The translations under genes were made by a program, and so were the position numbers. The notes below the pieces were generated by a model. The model was not told where the DNA came from and did no database searches. It worked only from the letters and a program-made list of their open reading frames with translations. DNA of 63,822 bases, the filler included, from Psammoneis japonica (lineage: Eukaryota): the NCBI GenBank assembly GCA_008632985.1. It is 4 parts of 4 records of this genome, joined end to end, with 100 filler letters (N's around TTAATTAATTAA, not from the genome) between each part and the next. Parts side by side here need not be neighbours in the genome. Positions count along the whole stretch, not along the records: positions 20,163 to 40,169 come from QPGO01000455.1; positions 40,270 to 60,185 come from QPGO01000456.1; 2 more parts are not named here. One strand, written 5' to 3'. Shown here piece by piece: positions 35,705-46,668 of the stretch. The number at the start of each line of letters is the position of its first letter. Position 1 is the first letter of the stretch.

Positions 35705-38700
35705 TGCACCACAAAGCTTGTTTGGTCAGCTCCCTGCCGGTGGGCTGTGTCCCTTCAGCCCCCCCTGCAACATGTGGTGAGATTGTTCTTGATTTGGAGC
35801 TTCGCAAAATGTGAAAATGCAAAAATGCAAAAATGCGAAAATGATGTGACGCACCAAATTCCGTTGAGAGTGTCCAGGTTCCGACCTCAGAGACGATCGC
35901 ATTTTTCAATTTGGCGAAACGCCATTGTCCGTGCTGTTTTGCGTGTTGTTTTGAGCCGCAGAGCCAGAAAACACTCCCAAAAAATTGTTCTGCAGGGCAA
36001 AATGTGCTGAATCTACACAGATTTGGGTTGCACCAGGCCGCGCAGAAAGTGAGCGGGCTAAAAACTCCAGTGCACCCACTTGAGCACATTCAACAACTGG
36101 CCGACAACAGGCTGGTTGGCTGGTTTCCCAAAGCCCTGCTTGTGTTGTGCCCTTCCCCAGCTGCTCTCCAGCTGGTGCCGTGGAGCGCAGCCACTCAATT
36201 TGGATTGTGTCTGCAATGTCATTTGCAACAAACGTGACTGCCGCTTTTCACACATTTTCTGCCAAACAGGTTTTGGCTCCAGCTCATGTGTCTCAGTGCA
36301 ACCCGCCACATGGCTTTCCTCATCCCCCAACCCGCTGCCCCCCTCCTCCACTTTCCTGCTGACGGGCTCCAGCCCTGGGTCGGACTTTTTGTGACATTTG
36401 CCCCGCAGAAATCCACGTGCGAGCTCTGCAGTTTGCACTCTGGTCAATGGACATGTTTGTCTTCGACACAAAACAAACAGCCAAGTTTGCAGCACGTGCA
36501 TCTCTGTTCGCACTCGAAGCTGCAATTCTGTGCAAGCGCCCGCAGGATTGTCCTGTGTGAGAGTGTGGTGGTGTGCCAACCTCCTCGGGCACTTTGGGAC
36601 GTCAGGCAGTTGCGCCAATGACAGAGAAGCCAAAAGGCATTGGAGGGGATGCTCTGTTGTGTCTGCATCCGGGGGAGCGGCGCCGCCATGGTGTCGTGTC
36701 TCTTTGCATTTCTTTCCCGATGTCAGCATGTTTTCTGCGTTAAATTCTGCGCGATTCAGCAATTTTCAAGTCAGTCATTTTGGTGCAAGTTTCACGCACA
36801 ATTCCACGCGTTTGGCCAGAATTTCGAGTCGACGACCGTGCAAGGTTTGTCCTCTTGTTCTTCTCACCAACACGCTTCCTTTGAGTTTTCTTTCCAATGT
36901 GCTGCAACACATGATGGACATTCTATGGTGCTCCAAAGTGGGTTGTCACAAGTCTTCCAAGTGGTTTGCAGTTCCAAGTCTTGGTGTTGCTTCTTCATGC
37001 TCTTCGATGTTGCAACTTCAGTGCACAATTTCTGCACAATTCTGCGCATGACGGAAATTTCATCCGAAATTCCGATCATCATTTCCTTTTCCTTCGTTGG
37101 GGTCCGCGTTGGACTTTCTTGGGTGTTTTTCATCCCAGGAATCCCTCTCACATCTCTTCAAGCATGTCATCTTTGGAGACAGACACGAGTCCAGTTTTTC
37201 TGCAGTGTTTGTTTTGGTGTCTCCCAAGTGGTGTGGCTGGGCTTGTCCGTTCTTCGAGGCACAGCAACTGTGGTTGCCATGTGACAAGCATCCGGTCGGT
37301 TGCCATTCTGACTTGGAAAAAACAGCCTCTTTCTGATGGTGCATTGATGGCATTGCCTTCGGACAATGTGTCAACGGCATTGTCTTTCTGACAACGTTTG
37401 ATGGTGTTTAAATTGTCCCTGCTGCCCTTTGTGGGTGCTGGGGAACGTGGGTCTGCTGTGGCCGGTGTTGGTGTGGGCGGCAGCGAGGCAGCGGTGGAAC
37501 AGATTTCGAGTTTTATTTTGTTCGCACTCAAAGCTTTGGACAGCGCGCCTGCCCCACGCCATTCTCAAGACACTTGAGAATGGCGCAGAAGAAAAAAATG
37601 TCAAAAGTTGTTGAATGGATCGCCCGACAATTGTGCTACAAAGTGATGCAAAATTTTGCCAAAATCATGCAGAAATGCACATGCGCGACATGCGACGCGA
37701 TTCAAATAACTTTTGATGTCACAGTTCAGCAGTGCGAGGTCCCACCCACACCTGGAGCACATCTGCCACGCTCTGCAACAACCTTCCTGCAAAAAACCTC
37801 CCTCTTGCATTTCCTGGGTGCACCCTCTTCCGCATCTCCGTTCTTGGAGTTCCCTGCCGTGAAGTGCTCCAGGCATCTCGTGCACTTTCATGCAAACGAG
37901 TCACATGTTTCCAGGTTGTGACCTGCCTCACAGCCAAAAGAAGCAATCTTTGCCTTTGGAGCCACCATGATGCACTGGTCTGCCAAATCAAACTCAGCAT
38001 CACTGTGGACAGTCGGGGAGAAATGTTGTCAAAACTGTGCGATGATGTGTTTGAGCTCTTGAGAGCTCACCCAGCTCAAGACATCATGGCTCCAAGTGGC
38101 CGTGTTTGTCGCGAACTCTTCATGATGCTGTGTCTGTGACTTGGCTTCGTCATTGAATTGCCGTGGCCATCGCACTTCAGAGATGACATTCTTGACAAGA
38201 AAAAGTGTCCCTGGGATGCCTCATGACAACGGAGACCCCACAGAACAAAAGAGCAGCGCAGAAAGAGAAATTGCATGCAAGCCAAACAGCCACAAACATG
38301 CAAAGCCTCGACAAAACACACAGCACGAATGGCAGTGCACAAGGTTGGTTGTGACGCAACAGAAGCAACGTTGTCAATGCGAGCCTTCAACAAAAGAATT
38401 TTTGCCACAATCTGCCCATGCGAGCCTGGGTGTTCTCAAGCTTGTCTCGTGCGAGATGACACAATGCACTGAACTCTGTTGAGAGCATCCAGGTTCCGAC
38501 CTCAGAGACAACCGCATTTGTCAGTTTGGCAAAACGCCATTGTCCGTGCCATTTTGCATGTCATTTTGAGCCGCGAGCCAGAAAACACTCCCAAAAACTG
38601 TTCTGCAGGGCAAAATGTGTTGAGTCTGCACAGATTTGGGTTGCTCCAGGCCACGCAGAAAGTGAGTGGGCTCAAAGTTGCAAAGGGCACAAACTGGCCA

Positions 38701-39530
38701 AGGGCAGCAGAAAAGGCACAAAGGGCACAAAGTGGCCAACGGCAAAAAACCAGGAAGAGCAAAAGTGCAAAGTGGTCAAGGGCACAAAACCATGAATGTA
38801 AAAATGGCGGCGGCAGCGGCAGCAGTTGTGCCACCCTTGTGACTCAAGTTGTTGTCGCAGCTGCCCTCACGCTGTCATTGTTGCATTTTGCAAAAAAGCC
38901 AAGATGCGGCATGTGAGGGGACATGTCGGTGAAATCTGCCTCTGCATCATGGGGAAGCCCATTTGTCCCCCATGATGTGCTCATCCTGGGCTCTGCATGT
39001 TGGGGGTCACAGCATGTTGGGTGAGCATGTCAGCCTCTCTCCCCCAGCATGCCATTCCCGCGCCATGCACTCTTTTGTTGACGTGCCACAGAAGCCATTT
39101 TGCTTGACCTGGCTTCATCACGAGTGTTCTTCGATCCACAGCTGCAGGTGATGTCGCCCTTTTTTTGTGATGTCCTCTTTTGTTGCTGATGTGTCCACTC
39201 CACGTCAGCTCCACCTTTGTGGGCGCATGCCTCCTCGTCTCCTTCCCTTGTGCTGCCGTCCACACCACAGGTGCTGCACTCCATTCTGCCCAAACACATG
39301 TGTTGTTTGAAGCAACAAACCCTGCTCTGCTTTCCCAAGGCATTTGCGGCAGTTGTCCCATTGGCTTTGCTCCAGTGCCCCCAGCGCCAAACACTTGCAC
39401 CACAAATCTTGTTTGATCAGCTCCCTTGCCAGCGGGCTGTGTCCCTTCAGTGCCCCCCCTGCAACACGTGGCGGGTCATGTGCAAAGATTGTCCTCAATT
39501 TAAAGACCGCCTTTGGAGCTTCATGGAAGT

Positions 39531-40169
39531 GTGCAAATGCGCAAATGCGCAAACACAGAAGTGCAAAAATGCGAAAATGCAAAAATGCGGAAGTGCAAAA
39601 ATGCTGAAATGCGGAAACGCAAAAATGCAAAAATGCAAAAATGCGGAAACGCAGAAACGCAGAAACGCAGAAACGCGGAAACGCGGAAATGCGAAAATGC
39701 AAAAATGCAAAAATGCAAAAATGCGGAAATGCGGAAATGCAGAAATGCAGAAATGCAAAAGTGCGGAAATGCGGAAATGCAAAAATGCACAAATGCAAAA
39801 ATGCGGAAACGCGGAAATGCGAAAATGCAAAAATGCCCAAATGCGAAAATGCGAAAATGCGGAAATGCGGAAATGCCAAAATGCCAAAATGCAAAAATGC
39901 GAAAATGCGGAAATGCGGAAATGCGGAAATGCGAAAATGCGGAAATGCAAAAAAAAAGAAATGCAAAAATGCAAAAATGCGGGAATGCAGAAAAACACGA
40001 AAACACGGAAATGTGGAAATGCAAAAAGGGCCAGGGTTGGGGTCAGGGTTGGGTTTGGGGCTGCGGTCAGGGTTGGGGTTTGTCTCTGAATCTTTGGCAC
40101 ATGACAAACACGCAAATGCAAAAATGCACAAATGCACAAATGCGCAAATGCAAAAATGCAAAATGCAAA
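39531..40169 (+). repeat. 8-bp satellite (GCRRAAAT)n running into the contig end
   Basis: Direct reading: gcaaaaat/gcggaaat/gcgaaaat/gcagaaac units. Confidence 0.95.
40027..40080 (+). repeat. Degenerate (TTAGGG)n-like tract
   Basis: CCAGGG TTGGGG TCAGGG TTGGGT TTGGGG CTGCGG TCAGGG TTGGGG, with 6-bp period. Confidence 0.7.
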
Positions 40170-40269
40170 NNNNNNNNNNNNNNNNNNNNNNNNNNNNNNN
40201 NNNNNNNNNNNNNTTAATTAATTAANNNNNNNNNNNNNNNNNNNNNNNNNNNNNNNNNNNNNNNNNNNN
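40170..40269. other. Artificial contig linker
   Basis: Identical 100-nt linker. Confidence 0.98.
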
Positions 40270-40666
40270 GTATGTCGCGCACGCACATTTCTACGTGATT
40301 GTGTCGAAATTTTGTGTGATTTTGCAGTGCAATTGTCAGGCCATGCATTGACCAACTTTTGACATTTTTTTCTTCTGCGCCATTCTCGAGTGTCTTGAAA
40401 ATGGCGCAGGGCAGGCATGTTGTCCAAAACTTTGAGCACCTGCATGGACAGATGTGCCACAAACTTGGCCGTTTTTTTCATGTTGAAGACAAATGTGTCC
40501 ATCAACCAGAGTGCGAACTGCAGAGCTTGCAGAATTCCACGGGGCAAATGTCACAAAAAGTCCCACCTGGGGCTGGAACCCGTTGACATGTTTGTTTTCC
40601 TTGAAGCCACATGTTTGTTTGCATGTTTGTTTTCCTTGAAACCACACATTTGTTTCACTTGAAAAC

Positions 40667-41056
40667 GATGGGCTCCAGTCCTGGATGGGACTCTGTGTGA
40701 CATTGGGCCCACAGAATTCTGCGTGCGAGCTCCGCAGTGTGAGAATTTGACCAATGGGTGTGTTTGTCTTCAACATCAAATGAGCTGCCAAGTTTGTTGT
40801 GCAATTGTGCCTCTTGCCACTTGACGTTTTTGCAGGTGCGCCTGCCCTGCGTGACTCTCAAGACATTGTAGAATCGTGTTGCAACAAAAAATGTCAAAAG
40901 TTGTTGGACGGATCGCTCAATGAATGCACCGTAAAATGACAAAAAATGTCAAAAAAATCATGCAGAAATCTACGTGCGCAACATGCGACGTGATTCAAAA
41001 AACTGTCGATGTCACAGTTCAGCAGTGCGAGGTCCCACCTGGACCTGGGGCGCGTC
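40667..41056. mobile_element. MITE, same family (other partial or composite copies at 13213-13327, 17505-17905, 34381-34540, 36361-37763, 40270-40584)
   Basis: Both family termini present (GATGGGCTCCAG...; ...GGTCCCACCTGGACCTGGGGCGCGTC); no TSD recognisable. Confidence 0.75.
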
Positions 41057-41208
41057 TGTCATCATCTCAAGTGGTGAACTGCAGTGTCTTGAGTGCTCAA
41101 CATCCAGTCTTGAGTGGCAGGCGCCATCTTGAGTGGGGCCCCTGGCAAATTTTGTCTCTGTTGGCTCTGTGCTGTCTCGAGCGGCAAACATCCAATGTCC
41201 AATCTAAC

Positions 41209-41862
41209 GTTTTCCTTGAAAACACATGTTTGTTTTCCTTGAAACGACATGTTTGTTGTCCTTGAAAAGACATTTTTTTCCCCCTTGAAATGACATGTTT
41301 GTTTTCCTTGAAATGACATGTTTGTTTTCCTTGAAATGACATGTTTGTTTTCAAGACATGTTTGTTTTCCTTGAAACGACATGTTTGTTTTCATTGAAAA
41401 GACATGTTTGTTTTCCCTGAAAAGACATGTTTGTTTTCCTTGAAACGACGCGATTGTTTTTCTTGAAATGACACATTTGTTTTCCTTGAAAAGACATGTT
41501 TGTTTTCCTTGAAAAGACATGTTTGTTTTCCTTGAAACCACATGTTTGTTTTCTTTGAAATGACACGTTTGTTTTGTTGAAAAGACATGTTTGTTTTCCT
41601 TGAAACGACACGTTTGTTTTCCTTGAAAAGACATGTTTGTTTTCCTTGAAACGAAATGTTTGTTTTCCTTGAAAAGACATGTTTGTTTTCCTTGAAACGA
41701 CACACTTGTTTTCCAGAAAAGACATGGTTGTTTTCATTGAAACCACATGTTTGTTTTCCTTGAAACGCCGCGTTTGTTTTCCTTGAAAAGACATTTTTTT
41801 CCCTTGAAGCGACATGTTTGTTTTCCTTGAAACGACATGTTTGTTTTCAAGACATGTTTGTT
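41209..41862 (-). repeat. 23-bp satellite array (short array also at 40585-40665)
   Basis: Unit GTTTCAAGGAAAACAAACATGTC on the - strand. Confidence 0.95.
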
Positions 41863-41919
41863 TGACCTTGACATTGAAGTCTTCTCTGCAGACAGGCCCA
41901 AGTCCCACTCTGGCACTCA

Positions 41920-42235
41920 ACTCACCTTGCGCGCGCAAAAGCACCCTGATTTTCAAGTCAGGGAAAACAACAGAGTGCGCGCTGTTGGGGTCAAACTGGC
42001 GAGGGGTGTCGTGGACAGTCAGCTCACTTGCTCACAGTTGGCTGGGGCACAGCAGGGTGTCAGTCATTCTTTCCCTGAAAAACACAGCCTTGTGGGCTGG
42101 CAGTGGGCGTGGCTGTCCATTGGCTGGATCAACCCACATGGCAGCAGCCACGCAAATGGGGACATTCCTCATTGGCGCGCACTCTTTGGAGCAAGGATGC
42201 ACTGCAGCAGCGTGGTTGCTGACAACAATTTGTTC
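41920..42235 (-). pseudogene. Diverged Copia protease-region fragment
   Basis: VHPCSKECAPMRNVPICVAAAMWVDPANGQP...TDTLLCPSQL parallels 44180-44460. Confidence 0.75.
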
Positions 42236-42606
42236 AATGTTGTGGAGAAAAATGGAGTGGCTGGCTGTCTCAACACGACCCAAATGACGGCTGCACTGTC
42301 GAACAGCAATGCTCCTCTCATTGTTGCTGGCCTGTTCCAGCTCCAGGTGCTCTGCTTTTCATCACGCGAGAGGCCGATTTTCTGCGCAGTTTGGCGCAAT
42401 TGACTCCTTCAATTTTGATCGTTTCGAAAATCGAAAGGTGAGTGTACACCCGAAAATGCATGCAAAGTGCACACTCACCCTTTGATTTGCCAAAAAACGG
42501 ATTTGGAAAAAGTCAATTGCGCCAAATGCACAAATTTCCAAATGATGGGAATCGAACCCGCGCGGAGCACCTGGAGCTGGAACAGGCCTGCTGTGAAAAG
42601 ATCAAG

Positions 42607-43260
42607 ATGTCGTCTCCAGCACCACCGGCAAAGAAGAGAAAGAAAAATGAGACTGTTGAGCCAATGAGCCTGAGACTTCAGGCAGTGTTGAAGAGAATGG
42701 GCACGCAGGCAGCGCATGGTGCGCTGAAACCAGAAGTGGAGAAGGTGGCTGGAAATGATCTCTTTTCACAGGTGAAGTTTCTCAGTCCATCAGAATTGGC
42801 AAGCAATGGGAGCGTCTCAATGTTTGTCAAGAAACAGATTGCTGGTGGCAACATGGACACTTCAAATTGGTCAGGAACTTGGGAGGAATGGGCAAAAGAG
42901 GCGGCAAAAAGGCAAGTTGACAATCTCAGAAACACGGTGTGTTCGGCTAAGGGGCGGAGGCAATGGCCCGCAAGTTGGGTGACCAATGTGTGTGACTCGA
43001 GAGTTGCGCGCATCTTGCAAGGAGATGACGGTGATGCTTTGTCTGTGCAGGCGTTGTCGCCAAGGAAGAGGGAAAGGAAAAAGAAAAGAAACTCAAGGCG
43101 GCAGTCAAGAGGAAAAAGCAAGGCAGGAAAAAGTCAAGCCGTGACAAGAACGAAAAGAAAGACACCCCGATTGTGCCGACATGGGATCCGCTTGGCCCAG
43201 ACACTGTCGCTGGCAGCAAACGAAGGAACAAGCAGGCATGCAAGTGGTTCTGTGATCACA
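42607..43260 (+). pseudogene. Homologue of the unknown protein at 21367-23960; deleted derivatives at 47400-48078, 54880-55558 (-) and 58798-59475 (-)
   Basis: EVEKVAGNDLFSQVKFL..ELASNGSVS..VKKQIAGGN...WSGTWEEWAK aligns by eye with EAEEVARKKLFPKAKFL..DMASSSKVS..IRKKMAGCN...WAGAWEDWAK. Confidence 0.65.
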
Positions 43261-44055
43261 CCCCTGTTTGCAAAAATTAACAAACCAAGGATTGTGCGGC
43301 AATGCAATCATGGATTGGCACATGGCAACAAGGTGGAGGCAGAAGTGGCGATGTGGGCACAGTGAAATGTGGCGCACATGATTCTCAACAAGTTGTCGCG
43401 ACATTGGCACAGCAAACTTGCAACCAGAGGTTGGCCTGTCATTGTGCGACAACAATTTTTTGCAACATTTTGACAAATTGCCATCATGCAAATCCACACA
43501 TTTTTGACGTTTCGTGCACTCTGATGTGTGTGTTGTGCACAGCATCATCGCACAGCATTTGTCCAACTCTCCCTCTCATCGCAGGATGGGTTGTCGCCAT
43601 GTGGTGCATCTGCACAGCGGACTTGCGAATTTGACCATGCACTCCCTCAGTGCCAGCAGGTTTGGCGACATTTGGTTCTGTGCCTTTCAGTGCTGGCGCA
43701 ACTGTTCATTCCTCATTCTGAGGTTTCTCATGTGCGCTGCATCCAAGCTGGGTGCCTGCATTGGCGGCAGGTTCATCAGGCTCGTCGGAGTCTTTCGGTG
43801 CATCAGCAGGTTGAGCAGCAGGCTCGGCAACAGCCGCTTTCTTTGCAGTGCGAGTTTCGGCATCAACCCACTCAGCTTCCAAGGACACAGCAGCAGCTTT
43901 GCATTTCTTTTTGGCCTTCTTGGCGTCGCGGAGCTTTTGGACTTGCTCTCACTCGGGACCATCAAGAGCACTCCGGTCGGAGATGCCCTTCAGAAAGTCA
44001 GAGACCTTCTTGGTCTCGGCCACCTGTTTGTTTGTCTGGGTGATTCTCAAAGGAT

Positions 44056-45549
44056 GTGCGTGTCTCTTTGTCATCTGCTGGAAATTCAGATGATGAAGCC
44101 ACCACTGATTTAGACTCGCACGCTGACACGTGTGCTGTTGGGTCCAATTTTGTGATGTGCTCTGACATCGACAGAACTGTCGTGGTGCACCCCCACTCCA
44201 AAGAGCACGCGCCAATGGAAAACACTCCTGTTTGCGCGGCTGCTGCCGTGTGGGTTGATCCAACTGATGGACAACCGTGCTTGCTGCCAGTCCACGAGGC
44301 CATGTTTTTTGGGGACAAGATGACCAACACCCTTCTGTGCCCCAACCAACTGCAAGCAAATGGGCTGATTGTCCACGACACCCCTTGCCAGTTTGACCCG
44401 ACTGGCGTGCACTCCATTGCTTTCCCTGACTTGAAGATCAGGGTGCCACTGCGAACAAGAGGCGTTGCTTCTGTCTTTGATTCACACGAGCCAACAAATG
44501 AGGATCTGGAGAACCTCCCCCGGCTGGAACTCACATCACCCCCGAGATGGGAGCCTTCTGCTGATGCCATGGCGCAAAAGGAGGAAGCGCGCGCATGTGC
44601 CAGTGTGCGCCAAGGATCAGCAAAGTCGGGCGGATGGTCGACGACAATGAATGTGACCAGGTGTGTTGCTTCCATTCACTCACACCAAATGTCCTGTCAT
44701 GACGAGAGCATCATTGTGGACACTGATGATGACAATTCATTGCATCGCCGCATGGTTGCTCAGGCGAATGTCTCCCACAACGACACTGAGGGAGACGGGC
44801 CACACGACCGGCATGACCTGGATGTCCACCTGGATTGTGCCGAGCGGAAACGGGTGCATGCACTGTCGACCTTGAGTCGCGCATCAACTGTCACACCCGA
44901 GACACTCTCTAAAAGGTGGAACATTGGCCTGACGGCTGCTGAGAACACCATCAGAGTGATGACCCAGGCAGGGGTCCGCAATGTCTGCACACCATCCGAA
45001 CGGAAAGTCCGGAAGAAAGCCCCTTGGCTCAAGTTCCCTGCTGTCAAGGGACGACTCTGCTCCGACCAGATGTTTTCAAAGGTCAAATCAACACATGGCA
45101 AGATGGGAGGAAGCGCACTTGCCAACGGAAGAGGGTGTGACAGGTTCCATCCTTGGAAGAGGAAACAGGACCACCCAGATGCCGTCATGTCATTTGTGCA
45201 TGACGTTGGCACACCGCAGGTCCTTGTGTCGGATGGCGCGCCGGAAATGGCGGAAGGCCAGACCAAGGAGATCTGCAAGGAATGCAGGATGCACCAGGAG
45301 GTGTCCACTCCATGCAGCCCCTGGCAGAACCTGGCCGAGGCATCCATTCGTGAGTTGAAGAAAAGAGTCCGTGTGACTCTGCGCTGGACTGGCGCTCACA
45401 GACGACTTTGGTCCCACAGCGCCAAATGGACATGTGACATCCGACGCATGATTGCAGCCAGTGTGTCAGACATGGGAGGACGAGTCCCAGAAGAGGAGGT
45501 GACAGGTTCAACACCCGACATCTCTTCCCTCTCTCTCTTTGATTGGTGA
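44056..45549 (+). pseudogene. Ty1/copia (diatom CoDi-like) pol fragment: protease and integrase
   Basis: DLDSHADTCAVGSN, LLCPNQL, TPETLSKRWNIGL, VHDVGTPQVLVSDGAPE, PCSPWQNLAEASIRELKK, TPDIS; 497 aa with no Tyr. Confidence 0.9.
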
Positions 45550-45809
45550 AAACAAACATGTCTTTTCAAGGAAAACAAACATGTCATTTCAAGGGGAAAA
45601 AATGTCTTTTCAAGGAAAACAAACATGTCGTTTCAAGGAAAACAAACACGTGTTTTCAAGGAAAACAAACATGTCTTTTCAATGAAAACAAACATGTCAT
45701 TTCAAGGAAAACAAACATGTCATTTCAAAGAAAACAAACACGTTGTTTCAGGGAAAACAAGCGTGTCATTTCAAGGAAAACAAACGTGTCTTTTCAAGGA
45801 AAACAAACA
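45547..45809 (+). repeat. 23-bp satellite array
   Basis: Same unit; abuts and truncates the Copia ORF. Confidence 0.95.
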
Positions 45810-46403
45810 CCCCACCTCAAACCAAGCAAAAGCAGGCATGGAGCAGCGCCGCCAAAACTTGCAGACAGGCTCAAGTCCCGCTCTGGCACTCAGCTCTCAG
45901 CTTGTGCTCCGCACAAAACCCTCAGACAATGCTTGGCTCCAACTGGCACCCAGAGGACTCAGTTGAAGAAACTCTGACACAAGAGCAACAGCTCTTTTCC
46001 TTTGATCTTGTTGACATGATCATGTGGAACCATGGAGATGCTGCCGTGCACGCCATCTCTCCTTGATGACCTGTGTTCTCCCTGGCTGGACCTTTCTCAC
46101 CAAACCGTTGCTCGCCGCTGAACAGAGAGCAGCGCGGTCACATTGTCAAATGTGGGCGCAGCTGAAACACAAATTGGCTCATCTTGTGTGGCCGCAAGGC
46201 TTGAGACCAAAAAAAAACCAAACCCCAATTTTAAGTGCCATTGCACCTTTGCCCAGCAACACCGGCGCCGGCCAACCCACACTTCCAGTGCACCCTGCGG
46301 AGGATGCGGCAGAAATGTGGTGCAGTTGGCCGGTTTTGGCGCCCCCATCAGAGGGCGCCCGGCGGAGACAGCTGCAAATGGCATGAGTGCCGCTTTTTGC
46401 CAG

Positions 46404-46668
46404 TCATTTGGCTTCTTTCAGGCTGTCTTTTAGTCTTGGACGGACCACAGAGATCCAGCTTTGGATCCTCGTTGTTGAAAATGACAGTTGTTCTTCGACC
46501 GAATCCAGCAATGCGCCTCTGTCCTTCGCCAAGCATTCTTGTCGTTTGTTGCATGTCGCCGTCAGCTTGGCTTCCGCCTTCCTCTGTTGAGATGATTTCC
46601 AAGAATCAACATCGTGCCCATGAACCAACTTGCTGTGCTCTTCCCAAAGTTCCCACCAGCACCTCTGC
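46404..46668 (-). pseudogene. Possible non-LTR retrotransposon ORF2 C-terminal fragment
   Basis: WQRCWWELWEEHSKLVHG resembles the W..LW..RN..VHG motif at LINE ORF2 ends; short match only. Confidence 0.35.

Noticed and set aside
39205..40217. Long KCKNA/FLHF-repeat ORFs
   Set aside because: Translations of the 8-bp satellite.
44056..45549. Alternative genetic code or an active Tyr-free Copia protein
   Set aside because: Tyr is replaced by both Cys and His, the same loss affects non-coding repeats, and the gene at 63102 uses TAT/TAC normally.
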